A DNA stretch of 64,000 bases, from NCBI GenBank assembly GCA_963528845.1, contig CAURXJ010000001.1:103378-167377 (forward strand), given 5' to 3'. Every line of letters begins with the position of its first letter. Within the stretch, counting starts at the first letter, position 1. The translations under genes were made by a program, and so were the position numbers. Shown here piece by piece: positions 34,674-44,641 of the stretch. The notes under the pieces are model-generated. The model did not search any database, was not told the origin of the DNA, and was given only the letters and a program-made list of their open reading frames with translations. The stretch comes from an uncultured Capnocytophaga sp. (lineage in GTDB: Bacteria > Bacteroidota > Bacteroidia > Flavobacteriales > Flavobacteriaceae).

Positions 34674-36260
34674 TTATAGGAAGAAGGCTACTATAGCAGC
34701 GATAAGACCATAGACAAGCATAGGGATTACTGTTTTTTTCAGGATAGTACCCTCGGCTTTATCGATACCTAATACGGAACAGCCTGCAATGATATTGTTG
34801 ATACACACCATGTTCCCCATAGCACCCCCTACCGATTGCAGGGCTAAGATAAGCGGTACTGAAAGCCCCGTGGCTGTAGCTACAGAATATTGAACTGCCC
34901 CGAAGGTAACATTGGAAATAGTATTGGAACCAGAGAAGAAAGCTCCTAAAGCCCCTAAGAACGAAGCAAAGGAGACCCAATGCTGTTGGGTAGCATCGGC
35001 CAGCCCTTTCCCTATGGTTTGTGTCATGGAATAATCATCCCCTACCATCATAAGCTTGACCATGATCATAGCTCCTACTAAGGCCAAGAAAGGTTTTTGT
35101 ACCTGGAAAGCACTCTTGAGATAGATATCCTTACACTTATTCCAAGAGAGGGCAAAGATAAAGAAGGAAATAACTACTGTAACTACAAAAGGAATAAGAG
35201 AAGGGGTATAGAGTAACTTATAGCTATCACCTACACCTGTCTTGAAAATATTTTCTACTGAAAATATAAGCCCCTTAGATACCTTGAAGATTCCCAATTC
35301 TCCCAAGGAGAACTCCAGCCATTCGGAGGAATCGTTAAGCATCGCCTTGAAAGGCAATTGTTGTACACGGGTAAGTACCAAGATAATAATAAGTAATAGG
35401 GTAGGGGTAAAAGCTTTGATAAGTGTCTTAGCTGCAATGGGCTGTTTTTCTTTTTTCTGCTCTGTTTTAGCCAACCCAATTCCCTTGCCTGCCAATAGTA
35501 CAGATACAAATAACCCTATAGCTCCTCCTACCAAAGAAGGGAACTCATAGTTGAACTGAGCGATAAGTAAGTAAGGGACGGTACAAGAGAGTACACTAAG
35601 AAGAATAAAGAGAATATTTTGCTTGATTTCTTTCCAAGAAACAATGAATCGTAGCGCAAGTATAGGAATAACAAAGGCTGCTACAAAATGGATAAGGGCA
35701 GAATATTTCCCAATCGAAGAGACATCCTCCCCGCCTATAGTGCCACTATCTAAGAGTGTCTTAAAGCCATACCAAGTAGGAGTACCTACCGCCCCAAAGG
35801 AGACCGGTACGGAGTTCATTACCAAAGCGAGCATGACCACTTGCATCGGTCTAAAACCAATACCCACTAAGATAGGTGCTGCAATGGCCACAGGAGTACC
35901 GAACCCACTGGCTCCCTCCAGCATAAAAGCAAAAGCCCAACCTATGATCATCAGCTGTGCTACTGGGTTCTCACTGATATTGCCCAGCCAGCTCCTTAGG
36001 GTATTCATAGCTCCAGAGCTTTCCATCATACGATTGAAGAAGACCGCTCCGAAAATTACAGAAATAGGGGTGAATACCGAAATAATTGCCGAGACAATGT
36101 TGGCATTGAGCAATATAAATTCGTTTTTGAAATAGAATAATTGCAATAGGTAGACAATTCCTGCAATCAAAGGAAGTGCTACATACGAAGGAAAAGCATT
36201 GCGCTTTACCATCAGGTAAATCAGTAGCACAATAGGGAAAATACTTAAGAAAAGATCCAT
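34674..36260 (-). CDS. lctP: L-lactate permease
   Basis: EGASGFGTP, PVSFGAVGTP, FFSGSNT and QSVGGAMGNM motifs of the LctP family. Confidence 0.92.
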   Translation of the reverse strand: MDLFLSIFPIVLLIYLMVKRNAFPSYVALPLIAGIVYLLQLFYFKNEFILLNANIVSAIISVFTPISVIFGAVFFNRMMESSGAMNTLRSWLGNISENPVAQLMIIGWAFAFMLEGASGFGTPVAIAAPILVGIGFRPMQVVMLALVMNSVPVSFGAVGTPTWYGFKTLLDSGTIGGEDVSSIGKYSALIHFVAAFVIPILALRFIVSWKEIKQNILFILLSVLSCTVPYLLIAQFNYEFPSLVGGAIGLFVSVLLAGKGIGLAKTEQKKEKQPIAAKTLIKAFTPTLLLIIILVLTRVQQLPFKAMLNDSSEWLEFSLGELGIFKVSKGLIFSVENIFKTGVGDSYKLLYTPSLIPFVVTVVISFFIFALSWNKCKDIYLKSAFQVQKPFLALVGAMIMVKLMMVGDDYSMTQTIGKGLADATQQHWVSFASFLGALGAFFSGSNTISNVTFGAVQYSVATATGLSVPLILALQSVGGAMGNMVCINNIIAGCSVLGIDKAEGTILKKTVIPMLVYGLIAAIVAFFL

Positions 36261-36320
36261 GAGAAAAGTATTAGTAGGTTTTTATATCAAAAAACTTTAG
36301 AAAAGCCCTTTTTAACGCCG

Positions 36321-36328
36321 CAAATATA
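36321..36328 (-). promoter_or_regulatory. -7 promoter element (TATATTTG) for lctP
   Basis: TAnnTTTG match upstream of the start. Confidence 0.6.
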
Positions 36329-36499
36329 TAACTTTTCATACATATAAACTACTTTCTTTAACTTTTCTTTAAGTATTGAAAGATGGAGAAATGAAGTGCT
36401 GAAGAGTTTATGCCAATTTTTTATTCCCCGGCTCCCCTAATCCTTGATATTCTCTCAATATTTAACATATATTTGTGACTTGTTCTCAGGGACAATTCT

Positions 36500-36507
36500 T
36501 ACTTTTG
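36500..36507 (+). promoter_or_regulatory. -7 promoter element (TACTTTTG) for the lipoprotein gene
   Basis: TAnnTTTG match upstream of the start. Confidence 0.7.
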
Positions 36508-36532
36508 CGCCAAAATAAATATCTATTTTTTT

Positions 36533-36958
36533 ATGAAGAAATTAGTAGTATTGGCCGTAACAGCTCTATTTTTAGGAGCTTGCGGCGGAGGTAAATCTCC
36601 AGAAATGAAACGCTTAGAGAACGAACAAAAAGCCTTATCACTTCAGAGCAAAATCAATGACTTGCAAATGCAACTTGTAAAAGAACAAGCTGCCAATGAG
36701 AAATTAAAACAAGAGGCAGAAAGCATTAACAGTCGTGCTAATAGTAGCGCCTCTGCTTTCTCCGATGCAGGATCTGCTTCTGCTTCTGCTGCTGAGGCAA
36801 AGAAGGCACAGCGTGATCTAAAGAAAGCTCAGAAAGTAAACAAAGACTTGGCTAACAGTAACAAGAAAGTTCAAAAGCTCGAAAAAGAAATTAGCAAAGC
36901 TCAACAAAAACTTGCCAAAACAGGAGTACAAGTAGAGTTTACACAACCTGCCAACTAA
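36533..36958 (+). CDS. Small coiled-coil lipoprotein of unknown function
   Basis: Lipobox LGAC; K/Q/A/E-rich helical sequence. Confidence 0.8.
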   Translation: MKKLVVLAVTALFLGACGGGKSPEMKRLENEQKALSLQSKINDLQMQLVKEQAANEKLKQEAESINSRANSSASAFSDAGSASASAAEAKKAQRDLKKAQKVNKDLANSNKKVQKLEKEISKAQQKLAKTGVQVEFTQPAN

Positions 36959-36967
36959 GAAGGTATA

Positions 36968-38833
36968 CTATCCCTCTTCACTTTTGATAGAGAGTTCCAA
37001 CCAGCGATCACTTTTTTCCTCCAAGAGAGTTAATACTTCACTGAGGGCTTGGGATTGTTCCTGTAGTTCTTCACTGGAGAGTGCCTCTTGAGTAAAATGT
37101 GCTTCAATGGTTGCCTTCTGAGCTTCTAACTGAGCAATTTCCTTCTCCAAGCGAGACAATTCACGTTGCTCATTTTGAGAAAGAGTACTATTAGCCCCGC
37201 GCCATGAGTTCTTCGTGGCAGGGGCTTTTTCTTCTTTTGGAGTTTCCCTGACAGAAGACTGTTCATAGGAGAAATAATCGGAATAGTTGCCAGGAAAGTC
37301 CTGTACCTCACCCTCCCCTTTGAAAACAAAGAGGTGATCTACTATCTTATCCATGAAATAACGATCATGGGAGACAATCACCAAGCAACCTTCATAATCC
37401 AAAAGGAACTCTTCTAAGACATTGAGCGTAACGATATCAAGGTCATTGGTAGGTTCATCCAGAATCAGGAAGTTCGGATTCTGAATCAGGACAGTACAGA
37501 GGTAGAGACGCTTGCGCTCACCCCCACTGAGTTTCTCTACATAGTCATATTGTTTCTTGCGGTCAAAGAGAAAGCGTTCTAGTAGCTGTGCTGCCGAAAG
37601 GGTACGCCCCTTGAGCAAAGGGATATATTCGCCATACTTCTTAATCACATCGATCACCTTTTCCTGTGGGTTGATCTCAATTCCTTGTTGGGTATAATAG
37701 CCAAACTGTACAGTTTCCCCTATGATAATCTTACCGGCATCAGGAGTGATTTTCCCAGTGAGTAAGTTTAGGAAGGTACTCTTGCCCGTACCATTCTTAC
37801 CAATGATTCCCACCCTTTCCCCACGCTTGAATACATAGGAAAAGCGGTCGAGAATCGTTTTTTCAGGGAATTTTTTCACCACATTGTGTAGTTCAATAAT
37901 CTTGCTCCCTAGGCGTTGCATAGCGATTTCCAGCTCTACTACATGTTCGCGACGGCGCTTTTGAGCTTGTTCCTTGATCAGGGCAAAGTCATCAATACGC
38001 GATTTGCTTTTGGTGGTACGTGCCTTAGGCTGGCGGCGTATCCAGTCTAACTCACGTACATATAGGTTCTTTGCTTTTTCTTGAGAGGCTTGTTCCTGCT
38101 CAAGGCGCTGCTGTTTTTTTTCCAAGAAATAAGTATAGTTCCCTTTGTAACTATATAGGGTACCTTCGTCCAATTCTAAAATTTCATTACACACCCTCTC
38201 TAAAAAGTAGCGGTCGTGGGTTACCATGAAGAGGGTCATCTTTTCCTTGGCAAAGAAGTTCTCCAGCCACTCAATCATCTCAAGGTCAAGGTGGTTGGTA
38301 GGCTCGTCCAGGAAGATAAGGTCGGGCTTGCTAATGAGCACATTGGCAAGAGCAAGCCTCTTGCGTTGCCCTCCTGAGAGGTGCTTGATAGGCAAGTGTA
38401 GGTTGGTGAGTTTCAGCTGAAAGAGGATTTGCTTGTATTGGGTCTCGAAGTCCCAAGCCTCATGGCGTTCCATAGCTTCAAAAGCTTTTTGGTAGGTTTC
38501 CTCATCTTCAGGGTGTTCCAAGGCATGCTCGTACTGCTGAATGACCTTCAGAATAGGGTTTTCCTCTTGGAAGATATAGTCCTCAATAGTCAGCTTTTCT
38601 GGCAGCGCAGGTTCCTGAGAGAGAAAGGCTATTTTCAGCCCTTTGCGAGAGACTACTTGCCCTGTATTGGGTGTGTCTTGCCCAATAAGGATTTTCAAGA
38701 GCGAACTCTTACCCGCACCATTCTTAGCGATGAGGGCTATTTTTTGGTCTTTGTTGATCCCAAAAGACACATTCTCGAAGAGAACTCGCTCTCCATAAGC
38801 TTTGGATATGTTTTCTACAGATAAATAATTCAA
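36968..38833 (-). CDS. ABC-F family ATP-binding protein (Uup-like), probable TTG start
   Basis: Two ABC domains (NGAGKS/LSGGQ/LDEPTNHLD and NGTGKS/LSGGE/LDEPTNDLD) plus C-terminal coiled coil; the ORF-track extension to 38869 is translated heptamer repeat. Confidence 0.9.
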   Translation of the reverse strand: MNYLSVENISKAYGERVLFENVSFGINKDQKIALIAKNGAGKSSLLKILIGQDTPNTGQVVSRKGLKIAFLSQEPALPEKLTIEDYIFQEENPILKVIQQYEHALEHPEDEETYQKAFEAMERHEAWDFETQYKQILFQLKLTNLHLPIKHLSGGQRKRLALANVLISKPDLIFLDEPTNHLDLEMIEWLENFFAKEKMTLFMVTHDRYFLERVCNEILELDEGTLYSYKGNYTYFLEKKQQRLEQEQASQEKAKNLYVRELDWIRRQPKARTTKSKSRIDDFALIKEQAQKRRREHVVELEIAMQRLGSKIIELHNVVKKFPEKTILDRFSYVFKRGERVGIIGKNGTGKSTFLNLLTGKITPDAGKIIIGETVQFGYYTQQGIEINPQEKVIDVIKKYGEYIPLLKGRTLSAAQLLERFLFDRKKQYDYVEKLSGGERKRLYLCTVLIQNPNFLILDEPTNDLDIVTLNVLEEFLLDYEGCLVIVSHDRYFMDKIVDHLFVFKGEGEVQDFPGNYSDYFSYEQSSVRETPKEEKAPATKNSWRGANSTLSQNEQRELSRLEKEIAQLEAQKATIEAHFTQEALSSEELQEQSQALSEVLTLLEEKSDRWLELSIKSEEG

Positions 38834-38836
38834 GGG

Positions 38837-38935
38837 ATAATGATTAATGATTAATGATTTAATGATCAATGGATAATGATCAATGATTAATCGTTATTGG
38901 CATTAATCATTAATCATTATTGGCATTAATCATTA
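38837..38935. repeat. Inverted pair of AATGATT/AATCATT heptamer tracts between recN and the ABC-F gene
   Basis: aatgatt-type units at about 38839-38890, then complementary aatcatt/ggcatt-type units to 38935. Confidence 0.9.
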
Positions 38936-40588
38936 GATTTTTAAAAGTTCTTTCGCATGGGCGCGGGCGGAGTCGGTAATATCCTTTCCTCCGAGCATCT
39001 GGGCGATTTCCTCTATGCGCTGCTCTGGGCTAAGCTCTTGGAACTGGGTGGTGGTGCGGCCTGCGATGTCGGTTTTGTATATCTTGATATGTACATCCCC
39101 CTTACTGGCTACCTGTGGCAAGTGAGAGATGGCAAATACCTGTCGGCTCTGACTCATCTGCTTCATGATCTCTCCCATTTTGTGGGCTATTTCTCCCGAA
39201 ACGCCTGTGTCTATCTCGTCAAAGATAATGGTAGGTAGCGCTATTTTGGCGGCTAAAATATGCTTGATAGTGAGCATGATACGAGAGAGTTCCCCGCCAG
39301 AGGCGGTTTTCTTGAGCACTCCGAAATTCCCCCCTTTGTTGGCGGAGAAGAGGAAAGAAAGGCTGTCATTGCCCTTGGCTTGGTAGTGCTCAGTAGGAGT
39401 TAGGCTGATTTGGAACTGCGCATTGGGCATTCCCAAGTCCTTAAGAGAATCCTGTAGGCTCTTGGTGAGCGTAGGGATTACCTTCTCACGTACCTTGTGG
39501 AGTTTTTGAGCAAGTGTACTGAGGGTTTGGAAGGCCTTCTCTACTTCTTTTTGGGCAATCTCGATATCTCCTTCTATATTTTCCATTTGGGAGACTTTCT
39601 CTTCCAAAGCCTCTTTGATAAGGATAAGTTCAGAGACGGTACTTACCTTGTGTTTTTTCTGTAAGTCATAGAGTTTTTGGAGTTTTTTCTGAGCACGGGC
39701 GAGCTTTTTGGGGTCGAACTCCACGTTCTCGGCCAGGTCATACACCTCGCGGGAGAGGTCATCCAGCTCTATATAGGCGGCGTCGATACGTTCATAGAGT
39801 TCGCTGTACTGGGGCGAATAGCTACTTAGGGTGGAGAAGAGCGAGGAGAGATCGCGCATTTGGGTCATGATTCCCTGTTCCTCTTCAGCCAAGAGATTCG
39901 CTGCCTCAGTGAGGTTGTCCCTGATGGTCTCACTATTGGAGGCTTGGTTGTAGAAAGCCTCCAATTCCTCTTGCATACCTTCTTCCAGCTCAATCTCCTG
40001 TAGTTCGGAAAGTACGAAAGTATTGTAATCGTGTTCCTTTTGGGTATTTTCCTGAAAGGTCTTGAGTTCTTGGAGCTTTTTGCTTTCTCCTTTGTATACC
40101 TTTAGAGCGGCTTGGTATTCCTCCAATAAGGATGTATTCTCAGCTAAAGAGTCTATGAGAAAGAATTGGAAATCTTCCTCACTGAGCTGCTGGGTATCGT
40201 GCTGGGAGTGGATATCAATGAGAGCTTTTCCTAAGGAAGAAAGAACATCGAGGGTTACAGGACTATCGTTGACAAAGGCACGAGACTTACCCGAAGGGAG
40301 AATCTCCCGACGAATAATGGTCAGTGGTTCGTAGTCTAATTCTTCCTGTTGGAAAAAATCAGCCAGGCCATAGCTTGCGATAGCAAACTCAGCTTCTACG
40401 ACACATTTTTCTTCAGGATTTCTCAGCGCACTCAGGTCTGCCCGACGGCCTAAGACCAAAGCAAGCGCATCCAGGAGGATAGACTTCCCTGAGCCTGTCT
40501 CTCCTGTGATAATAGTAAAGCCCTTCGAGAAATGAATCTTGATGTCCTCAATAAGGGCAAAGTTCTTGATAGCTAATGATTGTAACAC
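38933..40588 (-). CDS. recN: DNA repair protein RecN (GTG start)
   Basis: ITGETGSGKS, IHSQHD, ASGGELSR, IFDEIDTGVSG and SHLPQVA motifs. Confidence 0.97.
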   Translation of the reverse strand: MLQSLAIKNFALIEDIKIHFSKGFTIITGETGSGKSILLDALALVLGRRADLSALRNPEEKCVVEAEFAIASYGLADFFQQEELDYEPLTIIRREILPSGKSRAFVNDSPVTLDVLSSLGKALIDIHSQHDTQQLSEEDFQFFLIDSLAENTSLLEEYQAALKVYKGESKKLQELKTFQENTQKEHDYNTFVLSELQEIELEEGMQEELEAFYNQASNSETIRDNLTEAANLLAEEEQGIMTQMRDLSSLFSTLSSYSPQYSELYERIDAAYIELDDLSREVYDLAENVEFDPKKLARAQKKLQKLYDLQKKHKVSTVSELILIKEALEEKVSQMENIEGDIEIAQKEVEKAFQTLSTLAQKLHKVREKVIPTLTKSLQDSLKDLGMPNAQFQISLTPTEHYQAKGNDSLSFLFSANKGGNFGVLKKTASGGELSRIMLTIKHILAAKIALPTIIFDEIDTGVSGEIAHKMGEIMKQMSQSRQVFAISHLPQVASKGDVHIKIYKTDIAGRTTTQFQELSPEQRIEEIAQMLGGKDITDSARAHAKELLKI

Positions 40589-40589
40589 G

Positions 40590-40670
40590 AATTCAATGAT
40601 TAATGTTCAATGATTAATGTTCAATGATTGAATAACAATAGTATTAATCATTGCTGGCATTAATCATTAT
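40590..40670. repeat. Inverted pair of heptamer tracts between the nitroreductase gene and recN
   Basis: (aatgatt aatgttc) x2, aatgatt, then aatcatt..ggcatt aatcatt. Confidence 0.85.
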
Positions 40671-41188
40671 TGAAGGTTTCCTATAAAAAATATTCCATAA
40701 CATTCCTGATTCTCAGCAAGATGTAGGAAATTTTTCAGTTTGGGGGCAAAGGCAGGGGTTCCCCAATAACACCCCAGCTCATAGGCAGTACATAGCAAAT
40801 ACATATTCTGTACCGCCATAGCTACAGCAGCGACTTCCTCCCACTGGGGAACCTTCCCGCTGAACTCCACAGCAATGGAGATAATGGTATCTGCTTTGGC
40901 CACTTTCTGAGCGAGAGTATTGTAGGTATCCTCGGAGAATTTCTCTGCAGGGACATGCTCTTTGTAGAGGCGCTGGAGTTCGGCACTCAAGGCTGTTTTC
41001 TCTTCTCCACGGAAGGCTTTCAGGCGCCAAGGCTTGGTTTTCTTATGGTTAGGCGCATAAGTGGCGATGTCCAAGATATCCTCGATAATCTCTTCAGGGA
41101 TGGGTGTGCTGGTATAGTCCGCAGGGAAAATACTCTTGCGGGACTTGATAATGTGCTTTATAAGAGTTGCAGTGGTATTCATGATCAA
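40667..41188 (-). CDS. Nitroreductase family protein (YdjA-like)
   Basis: IKSRKS, APNHKKTKPW and AVQNMYL..G.YW motifs; true start may be the ATG at 41182. Confidence 0.88.
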   Translation of the reverse strand: MIMNTTATLIKHIIKSRKSIFPADYTSTPIPEEIIEDILDIATYAPNHKKTKPWRLKAFRGEEKTALSAELQRLYKEHVPAEKFSEDTYNTLAQKVAKADTIISIAVEFSGKVPQWEEVAAVAMAVQNMYLLCTAYELGCYWGTPAFAPKLKNFLHLAENQECYGIFFIGNLQ

Positions 41189-41234
41189 TTTTAGAGTTAA
41201 TAATGATTAATGGTCAACTAAGTAATTATTGGTG

Positions 41235-41242
41235 CAAATATA
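41235..41242 (-). promoter_or_regulatory. -7 promoter element (TATATTTG) for nitroreductase-recN-ABC-F
   Basis: TAnnTTTG match upstream of the start. Confidence 0.6.
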
Positions 41243-41327
41243 CAAAATATAATTGTTAGAGATTGAGTTTTTTACCTTCAGCGTACTCAAAGGAAACTCA
41301 AGCGAATGACAAGTGTTCAGAACCTAC

Positions 41328-42815
41328 TTACCATTTGAGATTATCTGCGATTTTTCTATCATTGGAGAGGTGTTGTACCTTGTTCTGTCCGCCGAACTTG
41401 CCTTGACTTTTCATATACTCTACAAAAGTACCCTTGGGGACACAAGTGATCTTGAGTCTTTGTAGGATTTTTCCTTCTATGAGGTCTTTGTAGTAGCTGT
41501 TCTGTGCTTGAAGACCTTGGTCAAGAGTATTGGCAAAGCTCTCTATGTCCTCTGGGAGTTTTTCGAATTCAATAAACCACTCATGGTAAGGGAGTTCCCC
41601 AGAGGCAGGATTTACCTGAGGGGCTACAGTGAACTCACTGACCTCACCCCCTGCTTTGCTTACTGCTTGGGCAAGAGCTTCCTCTACTTCCTTGGCGATG
41701 ACATGTTCGCCAAAAGCGGAAATAAAGTGCTTGATACGCCCTGTCACCACGATACGGTAAGGAGAGAGACTGGTGAACATGACAGTGTCTCCCATATTAT
41801 ATCCCCATAATCCGGCATTGGTAGAGACTATAAGGACGTAGTTCACCCCTATCTGGACATCTTTTAGTGAAATGCGCTTTGGGTTTTCACTGAAGAAGGT
41901 ATCAGCTTCGACAAACTCATAGAAAATGCCAGAGTTGAGCAACAGGAGCATACCCTTTTCGTTTTGGCTATCTTGATAGGCGAAAAAGCCTTCGCTTGCA
42001 GGATAAAGTTCTATAGAATCCACTTTACGCCCTATCAGATGCTCGAACTTCTGGCGGTAAGGTTCGTAGTTGACCCCTCCGTAGATAAAGAGTTGGAAGT
42101 GGGGAAACAGCTCTCCTATGGGCTTATGAGATTTCTCCTGTAGTCGTTCGAAGTACATTTGTACCCAAGGGGGGATTCCACTGATTACGGTCATATCCTC
42201 CTTGATAGTTTCCTTGACAATAGCATCTATTTTTGTTTCCCAATCCTCTATACAGTTTGTCTCCCAAGAGGGCATGCGGTTTCTTTGTAGGTATTTGGGG
42301 ACATAGTGGGCAGAGATTCCAGAGAGTCTTCCTAAGAGGATGCCATTTTTCTTTTCCAAGATAGGGCTTCCCTGTAGGAAAATCATTTTACCATTTACAA
42401 AATCTGCCTTGCCAGTCTGGGCTATATAGCACATAATGGCATCACGAGCCGCTTGGATATGATAAGGCATCGACTCTTTGGTCAGGGGTATGTACTTAGC
42501 CCCACTGGTTGTGCCAGAGGTTTTGGCAAAGTAGAGTGGCTTACCAGGCCAGAGGATATCAGTCTGAGCTTCCTTCACCCTCTCGATATAGGGCGAAAGA
42601 GCCTCATAGTCTCGGATAGGTACTTGCTTTACGAAATCTTCATAAGAGTGGATTTGGTCAAAGTGATGATCCTTGCCAAAGACTGTATTTTTAGCTTTTT
42701 GTATAAGGGAGCTTAGGATTCTCTCTTGGGTAGGGATAGGATCTTTTGCCCAGAGATCAATCTTTTTGCGTATATATTGAGCCCATTTTCGGGCGAGAAA
42801 ACTTTTTATACTCAT
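41328..42815 (-). CDS. GH3 auxin-responsive-promoter family acyl-adenylate/amido synthetase
   Basis: AKTSGTTSGAKYIP, YPASEGF, GDTV.F and GGQNKV motifs. Confidence 0.9.
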   Translation of the reverse strand: MSIKSFLARKWAQYIRKKIDLWAKDPIPTQERILSSLIQKAKNTVFGKDHHFDQIHSYEDFVKQVPIRDYEALSPYIERVKEAQTDILWPGKPLYFAKTSGTTSGAKYIPLTKESMPYHIQAARDAIMCYIAQTGKADFVNGKMIFLQGSPILEKKNGILLGRLSGISAHYVPKYLQRNRMPSWETNCIEDWETKIDAIVKETIKEDMTVISGIPPWVQMYFERLQEKSHKPIGELFPHFQLFIYGGVNYEPYRQKFEHLIGRKVDSIELYPASEGFFAYQDSQNEKGMLLLLNSGIFYEFVEADTFFSENPKRISLKDVQIGVNYVLIVSTNAGLWGYNMGDTVMFTSLSPYRIVVTGRIKHFISAFGEHVIAKEVEEALAQAVSKAGGEVSEFTVAPQVNPASGELPYHEWFIEFEKLPEDIESFANTLDQGLQAQNSYYKDLIEGKILQRLKITCVPKGTFVEYMKSQGKFGGQNKVQHLSNDRKIADNLKW

Positions 42816-42822
42816 AGTATAA

Positions 42823-43692
42823 TTATTTGAAAGTCATATAGTTCAGTGGGTCTACAGGATATCCTTCGTGCCAGAGTTCGAAGTGTAGGTGGGTACCAGT
42901 GGAGAGTTCGCCTGTATTGCCTACCTTGGCGACGACCTCACCAGGACTTACCTTATCACCCTGTTTCTTCACCAGAGAAGCATTGTGCTTGTATACCGAG
43001 ATGAAGTTGTTCGGATGTTCTATGACAATGACAAAGCCTGTCTGTGCAGACCATTCAGAAAAGATGATCGTACCATTGGTGATTGCCCTTACAGGAGTCC
43101 CCTCAGGAGCGGTGATATCCACCCCATAGTGTCGCTTGTCCGACTTGAAAGCACTGGAGAGAGTCCCTTGGCAAGGAGGGAAAAAACTCTTTTGAGCCTT
43201 GTTGGAGGCTTGGTCGAAGACATTGTAACGCTCCTCTTCAGCTACTTCATGGCGCAGCTTCATTTCCTCTTCGCTGGCTTGTATATCCACCTCTACAGGG
43301 ATTTGTTGTACCGCATTGAGCAAAGAATCCTTATTTACCTTGTCTGGATGGATATCCCCAGTAAGTACTTTCTGTAGGGAGGAAAAATAGGCATCATTGC
43401 CCCCAATACGCTGTTGTAGAGAGTCGGTACGGAAGGTAAGATCTACGATTTGCTTGCGCAGGTCAGCCTCCGAAAAGCCTAAGATATACTGCCTCAAGGG
43501 GGAGTAGATAATCACTAAGGAGGTCAGTACAATCATCAGAATAGCGAATAAGCTACTATAGATGAATACATTAAGCCTATTGAGGCGAAAGGTAGCGACA
43601 TCCTCCAAGGTGTTTTCATTCATAATGACCACACGATACTTGAAGAGCCACTTGCCACGAAGGTTTTTATTTGATTTCTTTTTTACACTCAT
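42823..43692 (-). CDS. M23 family metallopeptidase
   Basis: N-terminal TM helix; HYGVD, YKH and HLHFE motifs. Confidence 0.92.
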   Translation of the reverse strand: MSVKKKSNKNLRGKWLFKYRVVIMNENTLEDVATFRLNRLNVFIYSSLFAILMIVLTSLVIIYSPLRQYILGFSEADLRKQIVDLTFRTDSLQQRIGGNDAYFSSLQKVLTGDIHPDKVNKDSLLNAVQQIPVEVDIQASEEEMKLRHEVAEEERYNVFDQASNKAQKSFFPPCQGTLSSAFKSDKRHYGVDITAPEGTPVRAITNGTIIFSEWSAQTGFVIVIEHPNNFISVYKHNASLVKKQGDKVSPGEVVAKVGNTGELSTGTHLHFELWHEGYPVDPLNYMTFK

Positions 43693-44161
43693 TGATGTCG
43701 TTTTGAGTTTTAAGATTTGAGTTTTGAATTTTCTTATTTCCTAATGCCATTTTGCTAAGGACAATTCCCATAATAATCCCTATGATTAGTACAGGGATGC
43801 TTCCCAAAAGTAATATAATGAAAAAATACCCCCATACGTCCTCTGAACCCTCTGGGAAAAAGATGATATAAGCAAAGGTAAATGAAAAGATACCACTTGC
43901 CCAAAACACAGTAAGAATAAGCTGTACTCCCAAGAAAAACCGTACTAAGGGAGAGAGTTCTTCAAAAGGGACAACCCGCTCTCCTGCAAAATATCCTAAA
44001 ACAAAAGAGATTAAGGCAAAAGGAAGTATAATAAGGAGGGATCCTAAAAATATTTCACCTCCGATATCACTCTCACCTCCTGTATAGATGGCGAGAGCTA
44101 AGAAAATTAAAACAATTTCTATTCCAATCGTTCTAAGGATACATCCAGTTGCGGGTTTCAT
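43667..44161 (-). CDS. Small multi-pass membrane protein, paralog 3 of a tandem trio
   Basis: About four hydrophobic helices; MKPATGCIL..IEI start at 44161 matches the paralogs; C-terminal tail reads through AAAACTC repeats and overlaps the M23 gene start. Confidence 0.75.
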   Translation of the reverse strand: MKPATGCILRTIGIEIVLIFLALAIYTGGESDIGGEIFLGSLLIILPFALISFVLGYFAGERVVPFEELSPLVRFFLGVQLILTVFWASGIFSFTFAYIIFFPEGSEDVWGYFFIILLLGSIPVLIIGIIMGIVLSKMALGNKKIQNSNLKTQNDINECKKEIK

Positions 44162-44176
44162 CTTGGAAATTTTTGG

Positions 44177-44184
44177 CAAAGATA
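44177..44184 (-). promoter_or_regulatory. Internal -7 element (TATCTTTG) upstream of paralog 3, M23 and GH3
   Basis: TAnnTTTG match 15 nt before the ATG at 44161. Confidence 0.5.
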
Positions 44185-44207
44185 CATCAAAAAATACAAA
44201 TGACCAA

Positions 44208-44627
44208 TCAATAATTGTTTTTTAAGAGACAAAGAGCCAGACCAAATACACAACCTATGCACAAGATAGGGACGCTTGCTAAGAATATAAACATGGAAGG
44301 GGCTACCCATATACCGCTGGGGAGATCGGAGTAAAGCAAATTGAAAAAGGCAAAGCCTAAAATGACACTTATTACAAAAATAGCATAGAAGATAGAGACT
44401 CCTATGAGAAAACGAAAAAAAGGAATCATTTTTTCAAAGTGGATATATTGTCCAGCCAAAAAACCTAATACTAAGGAGATTATTGCGGCGACAGGTATAG
44501 GGATCCATAGGATTCCTGTGTTTGCTCCTTTTTCAGATAGGGGTGAAATAAGCCTCTTGATGAAAATGACGATCAATAAAATCTCAAAGAGGATAGTGGA
44601 TAATAGGTAAATAGTCGAACGTTTCAT
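44208..44627 (-). CDS. Small multi-pass membrane protein, paralog 2
   Basis: MKRSTIYLL..FEI start; LGFLAGQYIHFEK and SVPIL.IG motifs shared with neighbours. Confidence 0.75.
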   Translation of the reverse strand: MKRSTIYLLSTILFEILLIVIFIKRLISPLSEKGANTGILWIPIPVAAIISLVLGFLAGQYIHFEKMIPFFRFLIGVSIFYAIFVISVILGFAFFNLLYSDLPSGIWVAPSMFIFLASVPILCIGCVFGLALCLLKNNY

Positions 44628-44641
44628 TTTGATATAATCAT

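Noticed and set aside
38834..38869. N-terminal extension MIIKSLIINHYP on the ABC-F protein
   Set aside because: It is a translation of the AATCATT repeat; the TTG at 38833 gives a typical MNYLSVENISK start
41328..42815. Plant-like GH3 protein as a eukaryote-derived gene
   Set aside because: GH3 homologs are widespread in Bacteroidota
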